Source of the DNA: a virus
DNA length: 64,000 nucleotides
IMG/VR virus record: IMGVR_UViG_3300027976_000020
Coordinates: 1-64,000 of that record
Reading direction: 5' to 3' (one strand)
Positions 29,267 through 38,916 of the stretch are shown here, one piece after another. Positions within the stretch are counted from its first letter, which is position 1, and the number at the start of each line of letters is the position of its first letter. A program made the translations under genes and the position numbers. Under the pieces are notes generated by a model. That model was not told where the DNA came from and ran no database searches. It saw only the letters and a list, made by a program, of their open reading frames with translations.

Positions 29267-30781
29267 TTATGTCACTGTTCCTTTAAATCCTGGTGGCAGC
29301 GGAGGAGTGTTTGGTGGAGTAGACGGTTGACCAGGCTCCATTGATATTTCTACACCGACACCTTGGTTATGGAACGGCCAAGGTTCGTGTGTTGGTGCTC
29401 TTGTAACAATACTTTCTAATCCAGTGGGAGAAACTTGCCAACCGGTTGCTTGATTAAATTCTGTGCTAGGCATTACTCGTTTTGGTAATTTCTTAGGCGG
29501 ATTGACATTTTCAGCAGCGCCGCTGTTGAGATCAATACCTCCTGCACGAAGTACCATTTCGCAACCGGCATCCCATGATCCTTTGTTGCTGTACAACGCC
29601 AAGCTGCCGTCGGCACGAACAGCAATACGAGCTTTGCTGTACAACACAGTTTCGTCGGTACTGTACAATGTTATTTTTTTGTCAGATTCTATTGTTGTAT
29701 TGCCTGCACTCTTCATATTGATCGATTTACCAGCAAACATGTTGATGTCTTCATCTGCATGAAGATTGATTGTTCCTTGTGTGCGAACGTTGACTGAGTT
29801 TGTGGCGTATACATCTAGCGTGCCTTCTTGTCCCAACTCCAACCAGGCCTGACCGTTGGCATGAATAATGTACAAAAAGTTGCCATCGTCGCTCATTGTG
29901 ATTTGATGGCCACCGCTGGTACGAACACGCACAAGATTGTCTTTGCCATCAATATTTCCATCGTCCAGCACAATGCTGTGTCCACCGCGGCGTCCAATTA
30001 CATTTACATCATTTGAACTGATGGAGTTGTCGTTAATACGTTTTTGAATGTCAGATTCAGACAGTCCACCGTTGTACACTGGGCGTCCGGGTGTGCTGAT
30101 CCCAAACACTGCACTGGGACTTTCTCGCTGACTAGTTGAACTGATTGGGCCGCGTTGCGGATCTGTTAGTGTACCTTGCTGAAACATCTCAGCTGCCAAG
30201 AAACTGTGCACAGGTTTTGGCTGGTCAAAGTATTGTGGATTGTCGTTAATCTGCTTGTTGTTTGGATTGATTTCGGTAACTGGTAGTACCTTTGCACCGT
30301 TGTAATAGCTTTTTTGATCGCTATTTTGTAAATTAAATTTTGTACTCGCCCCAATGGCAGGAATCATATGCGTCATTCCTTGTTCGGGAATACAACCCAT
30401 GTAATAGCCTAAGTTTGGATCACCTCCAGCAAAGAAACACAATACACTAACTCCGAGGTCCGGCGGTGTCATCCACATGCCATAGCTTTGTGGGTTTCCG
30501 TCCAAGTATCCGCCCACAGAATCAGTTGTTCCTTTTTTTCCTGGTTGAGGAGGAGTAGATCCGTAAAATGGAGAACAATAACTGACAGTACGCCACACTG
30601 TTGTATCGTCCGGATTGTTGCCGGCTAGTTGTTCAATAAACACTTCTAACCGGCCTTGCCTGGTGGGATCAACATTGTTTTTTACTACGCCAACAAATGG
30701 ACCAAATATTGCAGACATGCCGCCGCGATCAAACTTGTAGTTGGATGCTACGCCTTTACTTCGTTGTATATTATCTGCCAT
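29267..30781 (-). CDS. Baseplate central spike (gp5/VgrG-like)
   Basis: GVVKNNVDPTRQGRL OB-fold; SYGMWMTPPD; GHSIVLDD/GHQITMSD; beta-helix repeats; PTHEPW. Confidence 0.8.
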   Translation of the reverse strand: MADNIQRSKGVASNYKFDRGGMSAIFGPFVGVVKNNVDPTRQGRLEVFIEQLAGNNPDDTTVWRTVSYCSPFYGSTPPQPGKKGTTDSVGGYLDGNPQSYGMWMTPPDLGVSVLCFFAGGDPNLGYYMGCIPEQGMTHMIPAIGASTKFNLQNSDQKSYYNGAKVLPVTEINPNNKQINDNPQYFDQPKPVHSFLAAEMFQQGTLTDPQRGPISSTSQRESPSAVFGISTPGRPVYNGGLSESDIQKRINDNSISSNDVNVIGRRGGHSIVLDDGNIDGKDNLVRVRTSGGHQITMSDDGNFLYIIHANGQAWLELGQEGTLDVYATNSVNVRTQGTINLHADEDINMFAGKSINMKSAGNTTIESDKKITLYSTDETVLYSKARIAVRADGSLALYSNKGSWDAGCEMVLRAGGIDLNSGAAENVNPPKKLPKRVMPSTEFNQATGWQVSPTGLESIVTRAPTHEPWPFHNQGVGVEISMEPGQPSTPPNTPPLPPGFKGTVT

Positions 30782-30790
30782 TGTTTATCC

Positions 30791-32437
30791 TTAATCGTCT
30801 TTAGACATTAGCTGGTTATTGAAAATTTGTGCTTCTGGATCATCTGCGTTAACTGCCGAATTAACGTCTGAGGCAGCGGAAGGGCGCAGTCTAGGAGGTG
30901 GTGCAAACGACGGTGCAAACACTTGTGCTTCCGGATCATCTGCGTTGAACGCTGTGTTGACGTCGGGCTCACTGGGAGTAAACGGCAGAATAGAAGTTCC
31001 GCTGTTGTTAACCGATGGGCCAGTTTGTTCAGCCATTCCTGCAAATTCACTTGAATTGTTAAATGCCGATGTGGCGTCTTGATTGATTTTTAAAACGCTG
31101 GCATCTCTAATTTGTGTTGGTGTTTGCGCCGCTGGTCTATTCCCGGCGTTGGCTAACCTGGCTGTTTCAGCTGTTGACTCAGTGGGCGGTGATCCAGTGC
31201 CCACTGCTTTTATTTCCAGAAGCGGCAATTGTACTATTGAACCTAACAATTCTTGTTCAAACTTGCCATTGCTAAATGTGCTAGTTACAGAAGTGGCTTT
31301 GTAGGTGTAAATTGCTTGCGGATCTTGTCCAACATTGGGATTTGCAAGTCCGGTGCCATTCACATCATAATCAACTCCGGGATTCCATTGCAAATCAAAA
31401 ATAATTTCTTGTGCGTCAAAATTTATTGACCCGTCGGGTTCAAAAGGATTAAAATTGAAATTCAAAGAGTCTATCCCGACAGCAGCTTCGCCTTGCTGCA
31501 ACCACGCAGGATCTCCAATTATTCCTAAGCGAGTAATGCTGATGTCAGATGGACTATACAAGTAATCAGCGGCCGATGCGCCAATTGAGTTGGTCTTGCC
31601 TTCAGCACCTTGGCTGCTGCTGGCAGCAACTGCTGCTTGATACACATAAGCAGGACTTTCCCTGTGATTTGTTTTTGCTCGGAATAGACCCAAAGTGCTG
31701 GGAGTTGTAAATGTCACGTTGAACAAACTGTTGAATGCTTGTTCAAATCGTATTACTTGTGCGTTCTGGCCTGTGAACCAATATTTGTAACTTTTATGAC
31801 GTCCGCGCAATCTTGCTTCTGGATAAAATTCACTATTCATATCATTGATGCCGTAAGCACTGATGACATATTTAATATTGTAGGCAAAATCGTTACGCCC
31901 AGAATCAAACGCAATTGGTATAGATTGAACTGAGATTTTATACCATGCCAGATCGCCCAATGGATTTTGTGGCTTTGTTTCTTGTGTGATTTCGTCAATT
32001 ATTACATTTGCTTGGTCAGTAATGTAACTGCTGTTTTTTAATATTTCGTCTAATACTGCCACAATCGGCGTGCCGGCAACAATTTCAAATATTCTAACAT
32101 CATAAGCAACTGAATTGCTTTTGGGATTAACTTTGTCAGATGGATTTTTAGACCGTTGCATTGGTGTCTTGGATTTGCTGGGTGTGCCGCCTTTGGCAAC
32201 ACGTGAGTCGCCAAGAATGGCAGGAGCAAACTCTATGCTGTAAATGTTGGCTATTTTGAATGGGCCAGCTTTGACCATCTCAGCTTCTTGATTGTTTAGT
32301 GCAGAAACAAGTCCAATTGCAACGTTTTTACTTACACTGGGCGCAGCATTTGCTTTGGGAGGTGTAGTGCTTTGTATATTGGCGTTGGCCTGGGCTGCGT
32401 TGCCTGTTCCATTTAATGGTCGTGCATTAGTTACCAT
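30791..32437 (-). CDS. Baseplate hub-like protein, C-terminal part
   Basis: KSYKYWFTGQN, IIGDPAWL, YKATSVTSTFSNGKFEQEL; GGAGGAG RBS upstream. Confidence 0.55.
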   Translation of the reverse strand: MVTNARPLNGTGNAAQANANIQSTTPPKANAAPSVSKNVAIGLVSALNNQEAEMVKAGPFKIANIYSIEFAPAILGDSRVAKGGTPSKSKTPMQRSKNPSDKVNPKSNSVAYDVRIFEIVAGTPIVAVLDEILKNSSYITDQANVIIDEITQETKPQNPLGDLAWYKISVQSIPIAFDSGRNDFAYNIKYVISAYGINDMNSEFYPEARLRGRHKSYKYWFTGQNAQVIRFEQAFNSLFNVTFTTPSTLGLFRAKTNHRESPAYVYQAAVAASSSQGAEGKTNSIGASAADYLYSPSDISITRLGIIGDPAWLQQGEAAVGIDSLNFNFNPFEPDGSINFDAQEIIFDLQWNPGVDYDVNGTGLANPNVGQDPQAIYTYKATSVTSTFSNGKFEQELLGSIVQLPLLEIKAVGTGSPPTESTAETARLANAGNRPAAQTPTQIRDASVLKINQDATSAFNNSSEFAGMAEQTGPSVNNSGTSILPFTPSEPDVNTAFNADDPEAQVFAPSFAPPPRLRPSAASDVNSAVNADDPEAQIFNNQLMSKDD

Positions 32438-32438
32438 A

Positions 32439-33824
32439 TCATGCTCCTCCTATATAAGGATCGTCAGAGTCCAGCAGTTGATCGTCTGCTATAGGAGCTT
32501 TGTAAGTTGTAGATCGAGGGTCTGTTGATGCATTTAATCTGGAAGTTTTTCTACCGTCGCTGGGCGATACTTCTGACAGCACTACACCATTGGTTAATAA
32601 GTCTTTTACTGTTGCACCAGATATTTTAACTGATGATTTCACTACACCCAAGTTGGAGCCAAACCCCACTAGATAAGAAATTGGAATTCCCTTGACTGTG
32701 TATTCAACCAACTTGTTGGCAACTGTAAAAGTGATATTGTTAAGGCCAAAAGGTATAATTTTTTCAACTACCACACCGTTGTTTCCGGCTTGCACAAGTT
32801 TTCCTTCGTTGTTGTAGCCATAAAATCTAATAACCAATGCATAAGCTGCTGCACGATAGGGAATTCTATTTGTCGGGTCCTGGTCTTTGTATTGGTCAGT
32901 GACTGCTTTCAACAAACTGTCGATCAATGTTATGTTGGCAGGTTCTGTCACAGTGAATTCTAGAGAAGCTGAATTATGTGCTTTGTTGCTGCCTTTTCCG
33001 GTGATTACACTTTGTATTTTTAAATTGTCAAGATAAAAGTCATTTTTAAAAAACGGACTACGACCCACAATGTTGTTTTTTATGTCGCCAAAATCAGCAG
33101 CTGAACCACCGCTTTGTATCAGCAAACTGTAGTTGCTTAATACGGGCTTGTGACTTTTTTGCATTTCTGCATATGCATCGGGCTTTAACAAATACCAACC
33201 AATGTTGTATGTGTAACTGGCATATTGGTCCAGCACGTTTGGCTGTGGTGCAAATGGTTTTTTGCTGAACGAATTGATAATTCTTGTTGTGTTGGCTGCT
33301 GTTGCTCCGTCCTCGCCTGTTGCGCCTGCTCCTGCTGGCCCTGCGGCCTCGCCTGGCCTGATGTATTCACTTTGCTGATTGCCAGAATTGACTGTGTACT
33401 CGCCAGCAGAATTGTTTAATTCTTCTTTGTTGGCAGAAATGTATTCCTTCATCACGCTGTTGGCATCAGGAGATACACTTTGTGTGTCTGTTAATTTTTT
33501 TACAGGAGGGTTGATTCCGGTTTCTGTTTCGCCTGCCAACGCAGCCGCTTGTTGAGTGTTGAGCCGTTCGTTGACATTGGCAAGCGGCAACGAAGGCGCT
33601 TGAGACGTGCCGGCCAGACTGCTAGTAACTTCTGACTGAGCAGTTGACGTGCTACTGGTGCTTAGTAACACTTCAATTTCGGTTACTACTGCTGCTAACC
33701 GTATATTAAGTTGCTGAATTTCCTGGGTTGCTGTTGCATTTCCGGCTTGCGACTGTTGTGCTAATGCTGCTCGCCGACTCAACAGTTGCTGTCGTTCTGC
33801 TTCTAAACTGTTAATATCTGCCAT
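32439..33824 (-). CDS. Baseplate hub-like protein, N-terminal part
   Basis: NVLDQYASYTY, FYLDNL, FTVTEP, LVIRFYGY motifs after a low-complexity N-terminus. Confidence 0.55.
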   Translation of the reverse strand: MADINSLEAERQQLLSRRAALAQQSQAGNATATQEIQQLNIRLAAVVTEIEVLLSTSSTSTAQSEVTSSLAGTSQAPSLPLANVNERLNTQQAAALAGETETGINPPVKKLTDTQSVSPDANSVMKEYISANKEELNNSAGEYTVNSGNQQSEYIRPGEAAGPAGAGATGEDGATAANTTRIINSFSKKPFAPQPNVLDQYASYTYNIGWYLLKPDAYAEMQKSHKPVLSNYSLLIQSGGSAADFGDIKNNIVGRSPFFKNDFYLDNLKIQSVITGKGSNKAHNSASLEFTVTEPANITLIDSLLKAVTDQYKDQDPTNRIPYRAAAYALVIRFYGYNNEGKLVQAGNNGVVVEKIIPFGLNNITFTVANKLVEYTVKGIPISYLVGFGSNLGVVKSSVKISGATVKDLLTNGVVLSEVSPSDGRKTSRLNASTDPRSTTYKAPIADDQLLDSDDPYIGGA

Positions 33825-33827
33825 TGA

Positions 33828-34127
33828 TTAAAACCCCAGCACTGATCTCAGTGTGCTCAATTTAGGAATATAGATATTGGTATTCATTACAAAATCCAAT
33901 GGTGGCTTGGTCAATGTGTTTGGGTTGCGTTGATAAAATACCCACCATAGTGCACCATTTTGGTACAAGTCAAACGCCAATAGGTCTGGACGATATTGAT
34001 AAGTTTGATTGATAACAAACAACAAATCATCACTTTGCTTGGGTATTGGTCTGTTGACCATTGTATCCAAAAAGAATTGACTGTAGCCAGTATTTGCGTA
34101 TGGACTGGTTGCATTGTATGTTGCCAT
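33828..34127 (-). CDS. Baseplate wedge protein (gp53/LysM-like)
   Basis: YRPDLLAFDLY..LWWVF..N..IYIP; TAATG-coupled start at 34127. Confidence 0.75.
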   Translation of the reverse strand: MATYNATSPYANTGYSQFFLDTMVNRPIPKQSDDLLFVINQTYQYRPDLLAFDLYQNGALWWVFYQRNPNTLTKPPLDFVMNTNIYIPKLSTLRSVLGF

Positions 34128-35290
34128 TACCACATGCCTCCTTTGAGCAAGTCACCATTGGCGTACTGTCGTACGCTGAATCGTTGACTTTGTGCCTGAC
34201 GACTCACAACCGGCAACAGTGTTATGTTGATATTCATTTTTGTTGGCACATATGTTGGGATAGTGTTTGATCCCAGTGTTGCAGGTGCAGGTGGTTTGTT
34301 TTCACCACCTGCCGGCATTGATTGTCCATTGAACAATTTTGAACTTGCCAATCTGTTGATTGCTCCACCAACAAACCCACCTAGTACGCCGCCGCCCCAG
34401 CTTGTGCCGGGCCCAGTTGAGTTGTTTGATTGGCGTTGTTGCAGCATGCTGCTGTTATTTACGTTGGGGCTGTATGCACGGACATAATCTACGTCGGCTG
34501 GCAAATCATATGTGAATGATGTCACAACACAAGGATGTTCATTGAATTGGAACTCTCCAAGACCGGTCAAGTAAACCAACGGTGGTGGCGATCCTCTTTG
34601 CGGATCTTGGCCATAGAACATTTTGGTCACACTTTTAAAAAAGTGTATCACTGCCAGTAAATATTCAGCTTCGGCTGTACTCTGTGCAGTAAACGGACAA
34701 CTTATTATCACTGGCTCAACAGAACTACCTTGATAAAAATATCCTTTGTAGTTTGAATGTGTGATGTCCACCGCAGAGTAATTGGCTTTGTAACTTGTGT
34801 TGATTGTGGGAGTGTACGGAAACAGCACACCGTCTGTTGCCGACAATGGAGATAAAATTCCCGAGTTGGGCGCTTTGTACAAATAATCAGCCAACGGCGC
34901 CAAACGCAGTTTAACACGCCAGTCAGCATTGTTTCTGTTGCTGCGCTGATTGGCAATTGTATTTTGTGCTCTGGCTTTATCCAATGTTGCGGCTTGTTCT
35001 GCGGCTTGTTCTGCGGTGAGGGCGGCCTGAGCAGTAGCAGCCGACGCTTCGTCAAATGCTGCTGCGGCTTCCAATCTAGATTGCTCGTATGGATCTATGC
35101 CGCTTTGATCCAACACTACTTCAGTCACTGCGTTGCTGCCTGCAAGCGACGGCAATGTGACCAATGGAGAAAGATCAAAATCACCAAAGTTGTCATCAGT
35201 AATGCCGGCTGCAAGCCTGGCCGCTGTCGGCGAAAGTCCCTGTGCAATAGCTTGATTGTATGCGTTGATTATTTCTTGGTTAGTTGGCAT
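34127..35290 (-). CDS. Tail tube initiator / baseplate tube cap-like (gp48/gp54-like)
   Basis: FPYTPTI, HFFKSVTKMFYG, GSPPPLVYL, PCVVTSF motifs; heads the baseplate operon. Confidence 0.55.
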   Translation of the reverse strand: MPTNQEIINAYNQAIAQGLSPTAARLAAGITDDNFGDFDLSPLVTLPSLAGSNAVTEVVLDQSGIDPYEQSRLEAAAAFDEASAATAQAALTAEQAAEQAATLDKARAQNTIANQRSNRNNADWRVKLRLAPLADYLYKAPNSGILSPLSATDGVLFPYTPTINTSYKANYSAVDITHSNYKGYFYQGSSVEPVIISCPFTAQSTAEAEYLLAVIHFFKSVTKMFYGQDPQRGSPPPLVYLTGLGEFQFNEHPCVVTSFTYDLPADVDYVRAYSPNVNNSSMLQQRQSNNSTGPGTSWGGGVLGGFVGGAINRLASSKLFNGQSMPAGGENKPPAPATLGSNTIPTYVPTKMNINITLLPVVSRQAQSQRFSVRQYANGDLLKGGMW

Positions 35291-35353
35291 TGGTAATATT
35301 ACCCTCGTAGCATATATTTAGTGGAAAAATAAACTGGGTGTTTAATGATCTGG

Positions 35354-35386
35354 TTGACAAGTACATAATCTGTGTTACAATAAATA
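35354..35386 (+). promoter_or_regulatory. Overlapping sigma70-like and late promoters upstream of gp55
   Basis: TTGACA (35354)-N16-TACAAT (35376) with extended TG; TAAATA at 35381-35386; AGGAG RBS follows. Confidence 0.65.
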
Positions 35387-35407
35387 TATTATTAGGAGAA
35401 ACTGCCT

Positions 35408-36364
35408 GTGGCAACAAAACGTACCATATCCACCTTGGATCCCACACAATCAATAGCAGCTACGCCGCCTGCACCAAAAGTAAATTATCTAAACAACAGA
35501 GATATTTTAAAAGAGATTCATGCTAGTAAAAACACATATTGCTACTACATCAATCCCGAAACTGACAGTCAATACGACATCATTTTGCCCAGTCTGGACA
35601 AGATCAACCAACGCACTGTGGCAGAAGCACGCCGTAATCGTGCTGACCGTCTCAAGCGGCTGGGCACCATTGTTGATCCGTTGAAGATTCCCAATACTGA
35701 TTTGGTTTTTCGTATCAGCTGCTGGGATCATATTCCAATGGCAGAGAAAAAAATTCCTAAGTCTGCACAAAAGAAAAAACAAAAACTAGAAGATCTTTTG
35801 GAATTTGTCGAAGATGAACCAGTTGATGATTCACTTGACGAAATATCGGACAAAGGATTTATCAATCCTGTTCGTCAGCGTTTGAATTTTCCTCCGTTTG
35901 AACATTTTCGTATTGACGCAAACAAAGAAAAGTACATTGTGGGACGCAGCCATTGGAAAGGTAATCTTGAAACCGGAGAGTTCAGCAAGGATCACGGCGA
36001 CATGACACGCAAACTGGCACACATGTTTATGAAACTGTGTGAACGCTATGCTACTCGTAGCAACTGGCGTGGTTACACCTACAACGAAGAAATGCGGGGA
36101 CAAGCATTGCTACAGTTGAGCCAAATTGGTTTGCAGTTTGACGAATCAAAAAGCCAAAACCCATTTGCTTACTACACAGCAGCCATCACCAATTCGTTTA
36201 CACGTATTTTGAACTTGGAAAAGAAAAACCAAAACATTCGCGATGACATTTTGGAGATCAATGGTCTAAGCCCAAGTTGGACTAGACAAAATCTTGGCAA
36301 AGCCACCATGGCTCAATTGAGTGGTCCTGTTACCATCACCACATGTTTGACCTCGTCTAATTAA
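35408..36364 (+). CDS. gp55: Sigma factor for late transcription (T4 gp55-like)
   Basis: NYLNN, NWRGYTYNEEM, FDESKSQNPFAYYTAAITNSF; upstream of gp47/gp46. Confidence 0.85.
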   Translation: MATKRTISTLDPTQSIAATPPAPKVNYLNNRDILKEIHASKNTYCYYINPETDSQYDIILPSLDKINQRTVAEARRNRADRLKRLGTIVDPLKIPNTDLVFRISCWDHIPMAEKKIPKSAQKKKQKLEDLLEFVEDEPVDDSLDEISDKGFINPVRQRLNFPPFEHFRIDANKEKYIVGRSHWKGNLETGEFSKDHGDMTRKLAHMFMKLCERYATRSNWRGYTYNEEMRGQALLQLSQIGLQFDESKSQNPFAYYTAAITNSFTRILNLEKKNQNIRDDILEINGLSPSWTRQNLGKATMAQLSGPVTITTCLTSSN

Positions 36365-37263
36365 TGATTAAAACAACAATTCCTATATTATTCAGTGGTG
36401 GCAGTTATGGAACTTATCTCGAATGGGTATTGACTACGCTAACCACTGACTTAGAAATTGTTGCACCGTTTACCAGTGTGGGCAATAGTCATAAATTTAA
36501 AGGCAATCATCTTGTTAACATGAATGGATGGCACACTTACGTAAAAAACAACAACCCACTTAAATTTGTAAGATTTCATCCCAAAACATCTAAGAACGAA
36601 TCTATAACAGACAATTTTGATTGTATTTTTAACTTGGTGAACAAAGCTGTATATTTGTATCCTGACCCAAAATCCGAATTATTGGTTATTAATAACTGGT
36701 TTACAAAGATTTGGAAAAATTGGTGGTTAAGCCAGCAGCTCAGCAAAGAAATTGATCCTACGTTAATCTACAATAATTGGCCTGTTTTTCATAACTCTAA
36801 TTTAGATGACCTGTCACCGTGGATCAAAAGAGAATTTTTAAGTTTTTACCTTATGCCAGCATGGCACGATCAAGTTGAATATTACAACCCAGCAATCTTG
36901 CAAAATTATAATAATAATTGTTTGATTATAGATGTCACAAACTTGCTTTATAATTTTGAGTCCACGTTAAAAAATATACAAAACTTTTTCAATTTGACCT
37001 ATATCAAATCTATTTCAGAAATTATGCCCTTGCATGCTGCAATGTTAAGTATACAAAGCCATCTTGACCAAGATATAATCTGTAATCAAATTATCAATAA
37101 AACTATCGAAGGTAGCAATTTTGATTGGCAACCGTTGCCCTTGCCCAGCGAAGGGTGGATTCAATGGCAGTTGAGAAATTTAAAGTATGAAATAGAATGT
37201 AATGAGCTTGACATATTCCCCACTAATAGTATACAATTGAAAAAACTACTTTACAAAACATGA
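36364..37263 (+). CDS. Hypothetical protein, AT-rich insert (possible sulfotransferase/P-loop-like fold)
   Basis: N-terminal FSGGSYGTYLEWVL; translationally coupled on both sides. Confidence 0.55.
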   Translation: MIKTTIPILFSGGSYGTYLEWVLTTLTTDLEIVAPFTSVGNSHKFKGNHLVNMNGWHTYVKNNNPLKFVRFHPKTSKNESITDNFDCIFNLVNKAVYLYPDPKSELLVINNWFTKIWKNWWLSQQLSKEIDPTLIYNNWPVFHNSNLDDLSPWIKREFLSFYLMPAWHDQVEYYNPAILQNYNNNCLIIDVTNLLYNFESTLKNIQNFFNLTYIKSISEIMPLHAAMLSIQSHLDQDIICNQIINKTIEGSNFDWQPLPLPSEGWIQWQLRNLKYEIECNELDIFPTNSIQLKKLLYKT

Positions 37264-38273
37264 ATCTATTTAAAAAAGTTGCTGTTTGCACAGATATCCA
37301 TTTTGGACTCAAGTCCAACAGTTTGGTTCACAATCAAGACTGCGAGCAGTTTATTGATTGGTTCATTGAAACAGCCAAGGCACAAGGTTGCGAAACTGGA
37401 ATGTTTTTGGGCGACTGGCATCATCATCGTGCCAGTATCAATTTACAAACATTGAACTTTAGTTTGCGTAGTTTGGAAAAACTATCAGCAGCGTTTGAAC
37501 GGTTTTTCTTTATTCCTGGCAATCACGATTTGTACTATCGTGACAAACGTGATATACACGGCGCTGAGTGGGCCAAGCATTTGCCCAACATCACAGTGTG
37601 TAACGACTGGTTCCAAGAGGGCGATGTGGTCATTGCTCCGTGGCTGGTTGGCGACGATCACAAACGTATTCCCAAGATGAGTGCCAAATACATGTTTGGA
37701 CATTTTGAACTTCCGCACTTCAAAATGAATGCCATGGTAGAAATGCCAGACCAAGGTGAAGTCAAGGTTGAAAGTTTTGGTGGTTTTGAAAGTGTGTATT
37801 CCGGACACTTCCATCTACGGCAGCAGAAAAAGAATATCAATTACATCGGCAACTGTTTCCCGCATAACTTTGCAGATGCAGGCGACAGCAATCGCGGTAT
37901 GCTGGTCAAGGTGTGGGGCCAGGAAGACCAATACTTTTCATGGCCTGGGCAACCTTTGTATCGTGTTATGAAACTAAGCAGTGTGATTGATCAAGCGCCC
38001 AAACTACTGGCTGCCAACATGCATGTACGAGTAGAATTGGATATTGATATCAGTTACGAAGAAGCAAACTTTATCAAAGAAACATTTGTAAAAGATTACA
38101 ACCTAAGAGAAATGGCCTTGATCAATGTAAAAAGCAGTGCTGTAGATGCTGATCTTGCGCCAGGCGATGTAACATTCGAAAGTGTAGATCAAATTGTCAC
38201 TGATCAAATCACCAATATTGAATCAGAATTCTATGATCCAAAATTGTTGTTAAAAATCTATCAAAATTTATGA
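37260..38273 (+). CDS. gp47: Recombination endonuclease subunit (gp47, Mre11/SbcD-like)
   Basis: DIHFG, GDWHH, GNHD, GHFE, GHFH metallophosphoesterase motifs. Confidence 0.92.
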   Translation: MNLFKKVAVCTDIHFGLKSNSLVHNQDCEQFIDWFIETAKAQGCETGMFLGDWHHHRASINLQTLNFSLRSLEKLSAAFERFFFIPGNHDLYYRDKRDIHGAEWAKHLPNITVCNDWFQEGDVVIAPWLVGDDHKRIPKMSAKYMFGHFELPHFKMNAMVEMPDQGEVKVESFGGFESVYSGHFHLRQQKKNINYIGNCFPHNFADAGDSNRGMLVKVWGQEDQYFSWPGQPLYRVMKLSSVIDQAPKLLAANMHVRVELDIDISYEEANFIKETFVKDYNLREMALINVKSSAVDADLAPGDVTFESVDQIVTDQITNIESEFYDPKLLLKIYQNL

Positions 38274-38324
38274 TCAAGATAGCAGTATGTTACATCATAA
38301 AACTACAGTAAAGTCACCCCTGTA

Positions 38325-38906
38325 ATGACTCAAACAAAGCAAAACCCATTAACAAGACTCTCCACTGAAGTAGTTGACATTGTACGTGAAAAATACAATG
38401 TGATCGGAATTATAGTCCTATCCGAGCACGATTTATATCCTGAAGAATTGGCAACTATATTGGTAAAATATTGCTCACATAATTTTTCCCATAATGACCG
38501 ACTCATAGTGTTGCATGACGATACTGATTATTATCCAAATCTTAACTCAGTCGGAAACACTGTTTATAATTTTTTTAGATTGTGTGCCAATTTTGATATT
38601 TCAGTAAATCATATATTATTTTTTACAAATCATTATAATATCGAAGAAGAAATAAAATCTGTAGCAAAGACTGTTTGCAATTCAAATAACATTGCAGTAA
38701 TCTGTACTTCTTTATGGGCTTATTATCCTTTAGACAACAACATTGATCAAACGCTGCTAGATGATAGTGTTACCACGTACGAAGCGTTGTATGCGTGTTT
38801 GAATGGCCAGTGCCGAGAACATAGATTGCTTACTTTATGCATGATGTCAGAGCACAGGTTGTTGGATCGTGGCGTTGGATCGTGGCGTTGTATCATATCA
38901 TTTTAA
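38325..38906 (+). CDS. N-terminal part of a split glycosyltransferase-like gene (C-terminus altered by a 13-bp duplication)
   Basis: YACLNGQCREHR resembles FLFLNGLYRYHR of 447..1517. Confidence 0.5.
   Translation: MTQTKQNPLTRLSTEVVDIVREKYNVIGIIVLSEHDLYPEELATILVKYCSHNFSHNDRLIVLHDDTDYYPNLNSVGNTVYNFFRLCANFDISVNHILFFTNHYNIEEEIKSVAKTVCNSNNIAVICTSLWAYYPLDNNIDQTLLDDSVTTYEALYACLNGQCREHRLLTLCMMSEHRLLDRGVGSWRCIISF
38861..38890. repeat. 13-bp tandem duplication
   Basis: GTTGGATCGTGGC twice, followed by GTTG. Confidence 0.9.
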
Positions 38907-38916
38907 AAAGTAGTCC

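Noticed and set aside
38911-38913. Genome-wide TAG recoding
   Set aside because: Core genes, including the 14.4-kb ORF, are intact under the standard code, and TAG at 48216 behaves as a stop. One in-frame TAG is not enough evidence.
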